DNA of 23,343 bases from a virus. The stretch lies in the UHGV virus genome UHGV-0099467, one strand, 5' to 3'. Each line of letters starts with the position of its first letter. Position 1 is the first letter of the stretch. The notes under the pieces were generated by a model that was given only the letters and a program-made list of their open reading frames with translations, had not been told where the DNA came from and did not search any database. This document shows positions 15,080-22,494 of this stretch, in pieces. The translations under genes and the position numbers were made by a program.

Positions 15080-15311
15080 CTTAGATGATTTAAAAGCATG
15101 GCGAGAGGCTAGCTTAAAGTATCACGAACTGAGTGGAGGGGAGTTAACTTATCATTGTCAAGTATTCTTTGTAAAGGTAAGAGCGTATTTCAATGAGAAT
15201 GGCTTTCCAGAACCTCAATATTTCAAAAATGGCAAAATTAAACCATTTACTAAAAAACAAGAATTAGAACAAAGAAAGGCGATCCAGCGGTGGATTGATG
15301 ATAGAAGATGA
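15069..15311 (+). CDS. Hypothetical protein (80 aa).
   Basis: ORF in the track, overlapping the upstream gene. Confidence 0.55.
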   Translation: MITNLDDLKAWREASLKYHELSGGELTYHCQVFFVKVRAYFNENGFPEPQYFKNGKIKPFTKKQELEQRKAIQRWIDDRR

Positions 15312-15457
15312 AAAACATAGAAAACATTAACAACTCAAATACAATTAAATGCGCTCATTGCGGAGAGTTTAATGTGAAATTATTAGTTGATGGTTATAAC
15401 ATTGCCCAGTTCCGATGTATTAAGTGTAACAAATATTTTGCTAAGGAGTATAAATAA
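15308..15457 (+). CDS. Zinc-ribbon mini-protein (49 aa).
   Basis: Its ATG overlaps the previous stop as ATGA. It carries the pairs CAHCGE...CIKCNK (CxxC...CxxC). Confidence 0.45.
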   Translation: MKNIENINNSNTIKCAHCGEFNVKLLVDGYNIAQFRCIKCNKYFAKEYK

Positions 15458-16011
15458 TGAAGTTTAATGAGTTACAGCAAAAAATGCAGTTAGCTAAAAG
15501 TGCTAATAAGGCAGTTAGTTATTCTAGCCGTTCTGCTGAGGATATTCTAGATAAGTTTAAAAGTTTAGATAGCGGTTGGATTCTAACTATGAGCGATGAG
15601 ATTATTCACGTTGGAGAAGTTGATTATTATAAATCAGTTGCCCATTGTCAAAAAGAAACAGAGGTTTATACAGCTAGTCATATGCAAGTGTTGAGCGAAC
15701 CACCTTTGAGTAAGCAAGGAAAGCCTACTATGAGTTTACCTCAATGGTTTGGAGCGGTTAGTTCATATGCACGTAAATACGCACTACAAGGATTGTTTGC
15801 AATGGGTGAAGCTGATTTCGACCAAATGCCAAGCGAGGTAACTACACAACAACAGCCAAAGCCTAAAGCCCCTAAAGTATGGAGTACAGCAGAACTTGTT
15901 AAAATGGCTATGAAAGCTACAGGTGAACCAGAAAGCACATTTAAAGGAATGTCACAAGCTGAGATCAAAATGGAAGTCAATCGGATTAAAGAAGTTAAAA
16001 ATATTAAATAA
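15457..16011 (+). CDS. erf: ERF-family single-strand annealing protein.
   Basis: RBS AAGGAG. The motifs SYSSRSAEDILDKF...LTMSDEIIHVGEVDYYKS and GAVSSYARKYALQGLF parallel the phage P22 Erf signature (EDILEG...SDEIV..GDRYYV and ATSSYARKYCLNGLF). Confidence 0.8.
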   Translation: MKFNELQQKMQLAKSANKAVSYSSRSAEDILDKFKSLDSGWILTMSDEIIHVGEVDYYKSVAHCQKETEVYTASHMQVLSEPPLSKQGKPTMSLPQWFGAVSSYARKYALQGLFAMGEADFDQMPSEVTTQQQPKPKAPKVWSTAELVKMAMKATGEPESTFKGMSQAEIKMEVNRIKEVKNIK

Positions 16012-16065
16012 CTTATCACTTGACAAACTAAAATAAATATATCAAACAAAGAAAAGAGAACAATA

Positions 16066-16413
16066 ATGGCAATTATCGACACAGTACGAGTAAACGACAA
16101 AAATACTAATGAAGTTAACACAAAAGACGGACTTAAGTTAGTGATGACTTATCGAGTTTATCCAAGTGACCTTTATATTAAAGGAATTTGGTTACCTAAG
16201 AACGTTCAAATGGGAGATGTAGTAAATCTTTATATTGAGCAGTTTGAGAAGAAGGAAAACGGAGAGTATACAAACTTTGAAGCATCTTACCCTAAAGTTA
16301 ACAAAAACTTCTTGCTTAGTGATAACTCGAATGTAACAGTTACAAAAGTTGAAGAACCTAATCCATTCGGAGCGACTGAAGAATTAAGTTCGGATGTTGA
16401 CTTACCATTCTAA
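16066..16413 (+). CDS. ssb: Atypical single-stranded DNA-binding protein.
   Basis: 115 aa. It is predicted to be beta-rich, suggestive of an OB fold. It carries an acidic C-terminal tail ending SSDVDLPF, like the SSB DDDIPF partner-binding tip. It is encoded directly after the ERF gene. Confidence 0.55.
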   Translation: MAIIDTVRVNDKNTNEVNTKDGLKLVMTYRVYPSDLYIKGIWLPKNVQMGDVVNLYIEQFEKKENGEYTNFEASYPKVNKNFLLSDNSNVTVTKVEEPNPFGATEELSSDVDLPF

Positions 16414-16423
16414 GGAGTTTCAC

Positions 16424-16597
16424 ATGACAAAGTATGAAGAAACACTGGACCAAGTTGATAAATTGAGTTTGCAAGGTAAATACGACATAGCACAGACGCT
16501 TATTGACTTAAATTATCCGCAACTGTTCAATCCTGACGAATGGTTCAAATTAACGCAGCTAGTAGCAACTAATAAAGCAAAACGAGGAGATAAATAA
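16424..16597 (+). CDS. Hypothetical protein (57 aa).
   Basis: RBS AAGGAG lies 5 nt before the ATG at 16424. The track start at 16394 falls inside the SSB gene, so the internal start is preferred. Confidence 0.5.
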   Translation: MTKYEETLDQVDKLSLQGKYDIAQTLIDLNYPQLFNPDEWFKLTQLVATNKAKRGDK

Positions 16598-16598
16598 A

Positions 16599-17135
16599 AT
16601 GACTACATTGCGAGAATTACACGAAGAACTTAATATTACACAGCGACTTAGCTTGTACATTAAAAATCAGAATAAGAAATACAAGCCGAACGAACCATTT
16701 ACAGCCGACAAAGATCTATCTAAAACAATGGAAACATTGATTCGCATTAACACTCTTGGTAAGTTAGGGCGACACATGGAACAAGCACGCGTGGTGAGTA
16801 AAGCTACAAGCCAAGAAGAAGGTAAAAATATGCGTTTGGCACAGGCTATCTCAGATAATACTTCTTTGAAAATTCAACTAGATGAAGCAAAAAGCAAGGC
16901 TAAACGTGCTGAAAAGATTGTAAATAACACTAATATGCGAGACTATATCATTAAATTATTTGTTGTTGCAGAAGGTTTTGAGACCGATGGAGTTATTACA
17001 GAAAAAGCGGAAGAATTAGCTAAGAAATATACTAAAGCAGCTTATCAATATCTCTCTAAGAATGTTATAGCTAAGATTTTAAAAGATGAAGCAAACAAAC
17101 TTAATGAATACCTACAAATGAAAGAAGGTGAATAA
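16599..17135 (+). CDS. Hypothetical protein (178 aa); possibly replication-associated.
   Basis: RBS GAGGAG. Helical and charged, with no clear motif. Confidence 0.55.
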   Translation: MTTLRELHEELNITQRLSLYIKNQNKKYKPNEPFTADKDLSKTMETLIRINTLGKLGRHMEQARVVSKATSQEEGKNMRLAQAISDNTSLKIQLDEAKSKAKRAEKIVNNTNMRDYIIKLFVVAEGFETDGVITEKAEELAKKYTKAAYQYLSKNVIAKILKDEANKLNEYLQMKEGE

Positions 17136-17314
17136 TGTACATCGAAACTCTAGAAAAGATTTTAGAAGAAAAAGAAAAAATGCTTAATGGTGCAAATAGA
17201 GAATTACGCCGAGCTATCAAAGAATCAGCTAGAGCGTTAGAACGATATAATAAGTTTGCTAAAGACACAGCTGCTCTAAAACAAGCTATTAACTCTATGA
17301 AGGAAGGTAAATAA
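17135..17314 (+). CDS. Small coiled-coil protein (59 aa).
   Basis: TAATG overlaps occur at both ends. RBS GGTG. Confidence 0.45.
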   Translation: MYIETLEKILEEKEKMLNGANRELRRAIKESARALERYNKFAKDTAALKQAINSMKEGK

Positions 17315-17604
17315 TGAATATAAATGGCAAAGTTAAGGTGCATCCAGTCAATGGAGTGCCTTTCATTGCTACTATAACGCAAAATAACTGGGGTCGATAT
17401 TCAAGTCAATACAGTTCAGTTATTATGGCGCAAGTAGTTAAAATGAATGTACCACGGTTAGCGGTTGACCCAAGCAACCTAACTGAGGGTGTAACAATTG
17501 ACGGTAAATTCTTCCATGTGATGAAATTAGAGCAAAAAGGAGTTAACTTCATGGTGACTCTATCAGATAATTCAGAAATAGAACTAAAGGATGTGGTTAA
17601 ATGA
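17314..17604 (+). CDS. Hypothetical protein (96 aa).
   Basis: RBS GGAAGG. Confidence 0.55.
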   Translation: MNINGKVKVHPVNGVPFIATITQNNWGRYSSQYSSVIMAQVVKMNVPRLAVDPSNLTEGVTIDGKFFHVMKLEQKGVNFMVTLSDNSEIELKDVVK

Positions 17605-17912
17605 CAGAACAAACTTTTGACAATGTAGTATGGGTAACGGGACGACTGACAGAGCCTACTAATTACCCTAAAAAAAGCGTAGTAATTGATGTAAATGTGT
17701 TCGAGAGCGACATGAACAACTTATACAGCAAGCGAGTAATGAACTTATATCTTGTAAATGATGAAGATTTTAGCACTGTAGTAGATGTTTTGAAGCAATC
17801 ATACGGTGAAAACTGGGACTTATACGGTAAAAAAGTTGACTTCCTAGGTTTCCAAGGTGTATACCAAACTTACAGCATCACGATTAACCAACAAGGAAAT
17901 ATAGACTTTTGA
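17601..17912 (+). CDS. Hypothetical protein (103 aa).
   Basis: RBS AGGA. It overlaps the upstream gene. Confidence 0.55.
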   Translation: MTEQTFDNVVWVTGRLTEPTNYPKKSVVIDVNVFESDMNNLYSKRVMNLYLVNDEDFSTVVDVLKQSYGENWDLYGKKVDFLGFQGVYQTYSITINQQGNIDF

Positions 17913-18370
17913 GAAAATTTATAAAATATAAAGAAAATTATATGGTTAGTGACCATGGAGAAGTGTGGAAGATAACCAAAAACGGTCTTAAACGAACACT
18001 TGGGACGAAAGCTGGAGCTGACTATACTATTATTAGTATAAACGGCAAAAGAGAATATTTACACAGAGTTATAATTGGTGCATTTAATGGTGGCAGTGAG
18101 TTAGAAGTAGACCACTTAGATATGAATAAAAACAACAATATTTTAAGTAATTTAGAGTATGTGACACACGAAGAGAACATGAAAAGAGCGTGGAAGAGCG
18201 GAAAAGTAAGCCAGGCGTCGAAAATGAAAAAAGTTAAACATAACAATGTTACTTATGACAGTATTACTGAAATGTGTAAAGTTTTGGGTTTAACGATAGG
18301 TGCAGCCAGTGATGCATTAAAAAAAGGAAATAAAATAAAAGGATATTACGCAGAAAGAGTCGAGGTATAA
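17909..18370 (+). CDS. Free-standing HNH homing endonuclease (NUMOD4, HNH_3 and a C-terminal helix-turn-helix DNA-binding module).
   Basis: It carries YMVSDHGEVWKI...GY..IISINGKREYLHRVIIGAF...EVDHLDMNKNNNILSNLEYVTHEEN (HNH_3) and then ITEMCKVLGLTIGAASDALKKG (HTH). The start is either TTG at 17909 or ATG at 17942. Confidence 0.8.
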   Translation: MRKFIKYKENYMVSDHGEVWKITKNGLKRTLGTKAGADYTIISINGKREYLHRVIIGAFNGGSELEVDHLDMNKNNNILSNLEYVTHEENMKRAWKSGKVSQASKMKKVKHNNVTYDSITEMCKVLGLTIGAASDALKKGNKIKGYYAERVEV

Positions 18371-18372
18371 AA

Positions 18373-18672
18373 ATGACATTAAAGGAACTTTGTTATAAAC
18401 TATTAATGCTTCAACCGCAAGAAGAATTTACGGCACAAATGGAGCTATCACTAGAGATTTTAAACGATGTTTGTGATAAAAAATACAGTTTAGATGATGT
18501 AGTAGATGGCAAAAATGAATATCAACGTGCAGCCTTATTCCTCAAATTAGACACTAAGATAGCTTTAAATGAGCTTGAATTATGGGGATCAACGTTAGAT
18601 AGCTTACAAAAAGCACGTAATCGAGCATTAGAAGCTGTACAAGCAATATCAACTATTGAAACACAACCTTAA
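18373..18672 (+). CDS. Hypothetical protein (99 aa).
   Basis: RBS GAGG. Confidence 0.55.
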   Translation: MTLKELCYKLLMLQPQEEFTAQMELSLEILNDVCDKKYSLDDVVDGKNEYQRAALFLKLDTKIALNELELWGSTLDSLQKARNRALEAVQAISTIETQP

Positions 18673-18694
18673 TACAATATAAATCACTTTGTAA

Positions 18695-18723
18695 TTGACA
18701 AGGTGGTTTTTTTATCGTATAAT
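18695..18723 (+). promoter_or_regulatory. Perfect consensus sigma-A promoter.
   Basis: TTGACA at 18695-18700, a 17-nt spacer, then TATAAT at 18718-18723. It is followed by a conserved leader box shared with the promoter at 20638. Confidence 0.65.
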
Positions 18724-18756
18724 AAGTATATAAAGTTAAAACAAAGGAGAAAATAA

Positions 18757-18930
18757 ATGAAACTACTACTTAAAACTATCTTATATCTCATCGGTGGTTG
18801 GTTCTTCACTGTCCCGACTATCATCATCGGAGCGATTCACTTAACAATTGCATTTACTAAATTTACATTCAAAATGATTGCATTGCCATTAAAATTAGTG
18901 TATAATATGATTGTGGAGGTAAGAAAATGA
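18757..18930 (+). CDS. Small membrane peptide (57 aa).
   Basis: RBS AAAGGAG. Sequence MKLLLKTILYLIGGWFFTVPTIIIGAIHLTIAF... Confidence 0.4.
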   Translation: MKLLLKTILYLIGGWFFTVPTIIIGAIHLTIAFTKFTFKMIALPLKLVYNMIVEVRK

Positions 18931-19088
18931 CAGTTGATGAATTAATGAAGGAATTGCAAAAATTAAGTGATCAAGGGCACGGAGATGTTCCTGTTCTATA
19001 TAAAGCTTATTACTATGAAGATGTTCGTTGGGTTGAATTATATGACGAAGAAGATGAAAAATACATATTGTTAGACACAAGCATTTAA
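18927..19088 (+). CDS. Small acidic protein (53 aa).
   Basis: ATGA overlap with the previous gene. RBS GTGGAGG. Confidence 0.4.
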   Translation: MTVDELMKELQKLSDQGHGDVPVLYKAYYYEDVRWVELYDEEDEKYILLDTSI

Positions 19089-19099
19089 GAGGAATATAA

Positions 19100-19195
19100 A
19101 TGAAAACAAGTAAATTACAAGCGGAAGCGGAAATGATTGCTAAAATGGCACGACAACGAGAAGAACAAATAAAATTATTGAAAGGATATAAATAA
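19100..19195 (+). CDS. Tiny basic peptide (31 aa).
   Basis: RBS GAGG. Sequence MKTSKLQAEAEMIAKMARQREEQIKLLKGYK. Confidence 0.3.
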   Translation: MKTSKLQAEAEMIAKMARQREEQIKLLKGYK

Positions 19196-19198
19196 AAT

Positions 19199-19399
19199 AT
19201 GGCAAAACAATATAGAAAATTAGACATGGCTGTGAGCCAAATACAGACGATTAGGGACAGTTTATTCTTACTTGATAAGCTGTATTCAGATATGAATGAA
19301 GAGACACTGGAAGCATTACACAGCAATCCTGACTATAAGTTAATAGAAGATTGGTCAAGTCATTGGATAGAGTTCAAAGGAGCAGAAGATGAAATATAA
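19199..19399 (+). CDS. Hypothetical protein (66 aa).
   Basis: ORF in the track. Confidence 0.5.
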   Translation: MAKQYRKLDMAVSQIQTIRDSLFLLDKLYSDMNEETLEALHSNPDYKLIEDWSSHWIEFKGAEDEI

Positions 19400-19622
19400 A
19401 ATTATAAAAGCGTGGAGTCATGATCAATTAGAGAATAGAATTGATTACATGTTGAGTAAAGGTTGGGAATTACAAGGTGGGGTATCAATGACAGTTTTAG
19501 AATGCGAAGTACAATATGCACAAGCTATGATAAAACATGATGATGTTAATATGAACATACGAGCCTCCAAAAAGGTAAATACGATTAGTTTGAGAGAGTT
19601 TCTGGATAGTAAGCCAGCATAA
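19389..19622 (+). CDS. DUF4177-like small protein (77 aa).
   Basis: RBS AAAGGAG. The sequence MKYKIIKAWSHDQLENRIDYMLSKGWELQGG resembles the DUF4177 pattern. Confidence 0.5.
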   Translation: MKYKIIKAWSHDQLENRIDYMLSKGWELQGGVSMTVLECEVQYAQAMIKHDDVNMNIRASKKVNTISLREFLDSKPA

Positions 19623-19634
19623 CGTTAAACAGTC

Positions 19635-19660
19635 CTTAGAACGCAATCTGAGGGCTTTTA
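19635..19660 (+). terminator. Rho-independent terminator.
   Basis: Stem CCTTAG with loop aacgcaat and CTGAGG (one G-U pair), followed by gcTTTTa. Confidence 0.5.
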
Positions 19661-19836
19661 TGATGTGTTGGATATGAAACAAAAATGAAAACGAAAATTT
19701 GAAATGTAAATAAAGAGGAGTTAACGCACTCGACAGGGTAGGGTACTTATAATTCACCCCGGGCATGATTGGCACTGATTTACCTGACAAAAACAAAAAA
19801 TAAATAACAGATCAATAAAAAAATTATTTCTTTAGC

Positions 19837-19865
19837 TTGACAACACAACAATAATATATTATAAT
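19837..19865 (+). promoter_or_regulatory. Perfect consensus sigma-A promoter with a long CA/TA-rich leader.
   Basis: TTGACA at 19837-19842, a 17-nt spacer, then TATAAT at 19860-19865. An ~85-nt A/C-rich leader follows, with repeated ACTATAC/TACTATA motifs, ending in the RBS AGGAGG. Confidence 0.6.
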
Positions 19866-19954
19866 ATAATCATAACAACAATACATAACACACAGTACAC
19901 TATACTATACTACTATATATAGGTACTATACACCAGTACATAGGAGGCACACAC

Positions 19955-20176
19955 ATGGGAACACTACACAATGGATTATATTACACAGATTGGGAAGCTA
20001 AACTATTAAATAAGAATAATCAAAAGAATAGCAAACAACTAAGTAATGATACCAAGCAGATTATCATATCATTAGCATATACGGATAGCCTTACCAAGGA
20101 TGACATTCTAGAACTATCTGATATTCTATTAACTATATCCAAATATAAAACACCCAATAAAAAGAAAGGACTATAA
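19955..20176 (+). CDS. Hypothetical protein (73 aa).
   Basis: Strong RBS AGGAGG. Confidence 0.6.
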   Translation: MGTLHNGLYYTDWEAKLLNKNNQKNSKQLSNDTKQIIISLAYTDSLTKDDILELSDILLTISKYKTPNKKKGL

Positions 20177-20180
20177 ATAA

Positions 20181-20621
20181 ATGGCTAATTCAAACGCAGA
20201 CTTCCCTAATCAATTACAACGTGATAAAGATATCATGGCTAGAGATTTCTATAATGCAGTGCAAAAAGGAACACAGCCTGTAGGTAACTTAACACAGGTG
20301 CAAGGTAATGTCATGGTATTACAAGGGCGAGTATTCGCTTCTAAATATGATATCAAAGGTAAATCTATGTTCGGTGATAAAATAAACACTCCTAAGAGGA
20401 CACTTAAACTAGGAAAGGATCATTATAGAATTTCTGTTAATGCTTCTGCTGGATGGCTGGCTATGATGAATAAATCAACTTATCAAATGAGGAAACCGAA
20501 TAAAGGAGCTTTATCGGGAACGGTCAGAAAAGGAGTACAACAGAACTTTAATAGCCTAGTTTCGAAAAACGAACAGAATGTCAATACAGCTGTTGGTAGA
20601 TTGAAAGGCAAAAAATATTAA
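20181..20621 (+). CDS. Hypothetical basic protein (146 aa).
   Basis: RBS GAAAGGA. Lys/Asn-rich with no motif. Confidence 0.6.
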   Translation: MANSNADFPNQLQRDKDIMARDFYNAVQKGTQPVGNLTQVQGNVMVLQGRVFASKYDIKGKSMFGDKINTPKRTLKLGKDHYRISVNASAGWLAMMNKSTYQMRKPNKGALSGTVRKGVQQNFNSLVSKNEQNVNTAVGRLKGKKY

Positions 20622-20637
20622 AAATCATAGTTTCTCC

Positions 20638-20666
20638 TTGACATTTTAAAGATATTATCGTATAAT
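20638..20666 (+). promoter_or_regulatory. Perfect consensus sigma-A promoter.
   Basis: TTGACA at 20638-20643, a 17-nt spacer, then TATAAT at 20661-20666. A 28-nt box at 20655-20682 matches 18712-18739 at 27 of 28 positions. Confidence 0.65.
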
Positions 20667-20691
20667 AAGTACATAAAGTTAAGGAGGAAAA

Positions 20692-20904
20692 ATGAAAAAA
20701 ATACTATTAGCCATCGCATTTATATCACTAATTCCTATTACAGATGCAACACTAGTTATTTTTGATAACATAGGGAATACACCAGAAACATCTTTCCAAA
20801 ACTTCACAAGTTATGTAGCTGGTGAAATTGAACGTATAGAAGTCAGTGAAGAAACTCAATATGAACAAACCCCAGGACAATACTTAGAACAACAAAAAAT
20901 ATGA
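20692..20904 (+). CDS. Small secreted acidic peptide precursor (70 aa) with an N-terminal signal peptide.
   Basis: RBS AAGGAGG. The sequence MKKILLAIAFISLIPITDA is a predicted Sec signal without a lipobox Cys. The remaining ~45 aa are acidic. Confidence 0.55.
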   Translation: MKKILLAIAFISLIPITDATLVIFDNIGNTPETSFQNFTSYVAGEIERIEVSEETQYEQTPGQYLEQQKI

Positions 20905-21002
20905 TTCCTGACGATTTAAATGAAATAGATAGAGATTCAGCTGAAGTGTTAGTTCATTCTTTAAAAGATAAGTATGAATCATATTGGGGTAACGTTAATT
21001 AA
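20901..21002 (+). CDS. Possible tiny ORF (33 aa) coupled by ATGA.
   Basis: ATG at 20901 overlaps the previous stop. No RBS is present. Confidence 0.2.
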   Translation: MIPDDLNEIDRDSAEVLVHSLKDKYESYWGNVN

Positions 21003-21040
21003 AAAAGAGCCTAGCAATTAAGCTAAGCTTTTTCTTTTAC
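21001..21040. terminator. Bidirectional rho-independent terminator between the convergent early and late operons.
   Basis: Stem AGCCTAGC (21008-21015), loop aattaa, then GCTAAGCT (21022-21029), with 7 of 8 positions paired. An A-run lies upstream (21001-21006) and a T-run downstream (21030-21038). Confidence 0.6.
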
Positions 21041-21807
21041 GATTTTACTAATGGATAAGGTAACACACAACCTAAATTCGCTGCAGTTGCTCCTGTTGCT
21101 GCTTTGGCAATTTGTAGTTTTCCGTCGGTTTGTACTAAAACTCGTATAGTAGGCCAACCAGGCGTCCTATATGTTCCGACGCCCTCCACTTGGAATGGCA
21201 CACTGATACCTGGTGGGAAATTAATAGTCCCAAGCGTTTTAACATTACTCTCGCTTGAGCTATATACAACATTGACATTATCTATGCGAACGTACAGAAC
21301 ATTTGAAATAATAGCCCAAGATAGACTTTCAGGAGTAGGTGGAGTTATGCTACTGTCCGCGGGAGTTATCGCAACAAAAGGAGTATTTGGGATTAAAGGT
21401 TCTATATAATCAATACCAGGTTCTGCTTTTTCTACTGGCTGTAACCCATTACCCTTCAATATACCATTAAGTTCTCCTCTACCAGTACCGCCGTCCACAA
21501 CATCTAAAATAGATTGACGTGTTACATTCAGTATATTTTCGCTTAATTTTAGAGTGTACATATCATATCCTGCTTGAAATTGACGATCGATTGAAATATC
21601 TTGCACTAAGCTTTCAAAGTTAGTTGTAAGACCATTTACTGAATATTCACCTGATATTTGCTGTCCATCCGTGATATATTTGCTTAAATCTGTTCCTGCT
21701 GCTACCGCTAATGTCACCGTATATTCTGCTGGATTGAATACAGATTTATCAAATGCTTCTTTTTCATTGATGTAATAATCTACACCATTCAATTCATTAA
21801 TTATCAT
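21037..21807 (-). CDS. Last gene of the late operon; receptor-binding or tail-fibre-like protein.
   Basis: 256 aa, rich in Gly/Thr/Ser/Val as in beta-rich proteins. RBS GAGGTG. It is terminal in the operon, just before the terminator. Confidence 0.45.
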   Translation of the reverse strand: MIINELNGVDYYINEKEAFDKSVFNPAEYTVTLAVAAGTDLSKYITDGQQISGEYSVNGLTTNFESLVQDISIDRQFQAGYDMYTLKLSENILNVTRQSILDVVDGGTGRGELNGILKGNGLQPVEKAEPGIDYIEPLIPNTPFVAITPADSSITPPTPESLSWAIISNVLYVRIDNVNVVYSSSESNVKTLGTINFPPGISVPFQVEGVGTYRTPGWPTIRVLVQTDGKLQIAKAATGATAANLGCVLPYPLVKS

Positions 21808-22494
21808 TTAGTTCACCTCTAATCTTTGACCTTGCACTAACGCTGGAGCTGTACCACTTTGAGCCACAAATTTAACCCGCCCATTAGGAAACGGAACACC
21901 AGACTTACTAGGCATCTGCATTTTTATGTTTGTTCCACCTGTTTGAGTCACGTAGAAACTTTCTCCTGTTTGCAACCTGCACTTACCAACTTCATGCTGT
22001 AAATCTGGAAAAGGTTCATCACCTACCCAGAAATAACGTATATCAGTGCCATCTTCTGTCCTAAAATATCCAGCCCTAACTATTTTATCTAAAGTAAAAG
22101 AAGTCAATACTTTCACTTCAAAATCACTGAAATAATTTCCTGTTTCTGAAGCTAAAGCTGTCACTTTATAACTCTCAGCTTTGCGAGGTTTCATTTTTTT
22201 GGCACCTGTGATTCTGTAAACCGATTCTGTGTTACTCATAGTTGTTGTGAACTCTATGTTGCGAACATTTAATAAATTAACCATATAACCTACCTGCATA
22301 GATTCTAATATAACTAGATTAGCTTGATCTGTGTGATTAACAAAGTCTAGTTGTTCTAATTCAGTCAACCCCCTAACATGAAGCAAACCAGAGATAATAC
22401 GAGTTCCATTGTCGTAAACTTCTGTTCCGTCATTCTCGTATGTGAAATAATACTCCTTAGCAACTTCGTAGCCGCCATTAAATACTTTAATCAT
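21808..22494 (-). CDS. Distal tail or baseplate protein (228 aa).
   Basis: ORF in the track, coupled by ATGA/TAAATG to both neighbours. Confidence 0.45.
   Translation of the reverse strand: MIKVFNGGYEVAKEYYFTYENDGTEVYDNGTRIISGLLHVRGLTELEQLDFVNHTDQANLVILESMQVGYMVNLLNVRNIEFTTTMSNTESVYRITGAKKMKPRKAESYKVTALASETGNYFSDFEVKVLTSFTLDKIVRAGYFRTEDGTDIRYFWVGDEPFPDLQHEVGKCRLQTGESFYVTQTGGTNIKMQMPSKSGVPFPNGRVKFVAQSGTAPALVQGQRLEVN

Noticed and set aside
16027-16055. TTGACA at 16027-16032 as a promoter before the SSB gene.
   Set aside because: No acceptable -10 hexamer lies 16-18 nt downstream (only TATATC at a 12-nt spacing). It is probably not a functional promoter.
15741-16121. Minus-strand 126-aa hydrophobic ORF opposite the ERF and SSB genes.
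   Set aside because: It is antisense to two motif-supported genes and spans their intergenic region. It is a shadow ORF.
16394-16423. ORF-track start at 16394 for the 67-aa ORF.
   Set aside because: It starts inside the SSB coding sequence. A canonical AAGGAG RBS precedes the in-frame ATG at 16424, which is the more likely start.
17101-17612. Minus-strand ORFs 17101-17382 and 17406-17612.
   Set aside because: They are antisense to coupled plus-strand genes that have RBSs.
18022-18246. Minus-strand 74-aa ORF inside the HNH gene.
   Set aside because: It is antisense to a strongly motif-supported HNH_3 endonuclease.
18895-19326. Minus-strand 143-aa Cys-rich ORF.
   Set aside because: It is antisense to five consecutive plus-strand small ORFs, each with its own RBS and ATGA coupling. 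It has no upstream RBS or promoter on the minus strand.
19497-19796. Minus-strand 99-aa ORF.
   Set aside because: It overlaps the plus-strand gene, the terminator and the GC island, and has no RBS.
21104-21409. Plus-strand 101-aa ORF inside the receptor-binding-like gene.
   Set aside because: It is antisense to the operon's terminal gene and follows the bidirectional terminator without a promoter or RBS.
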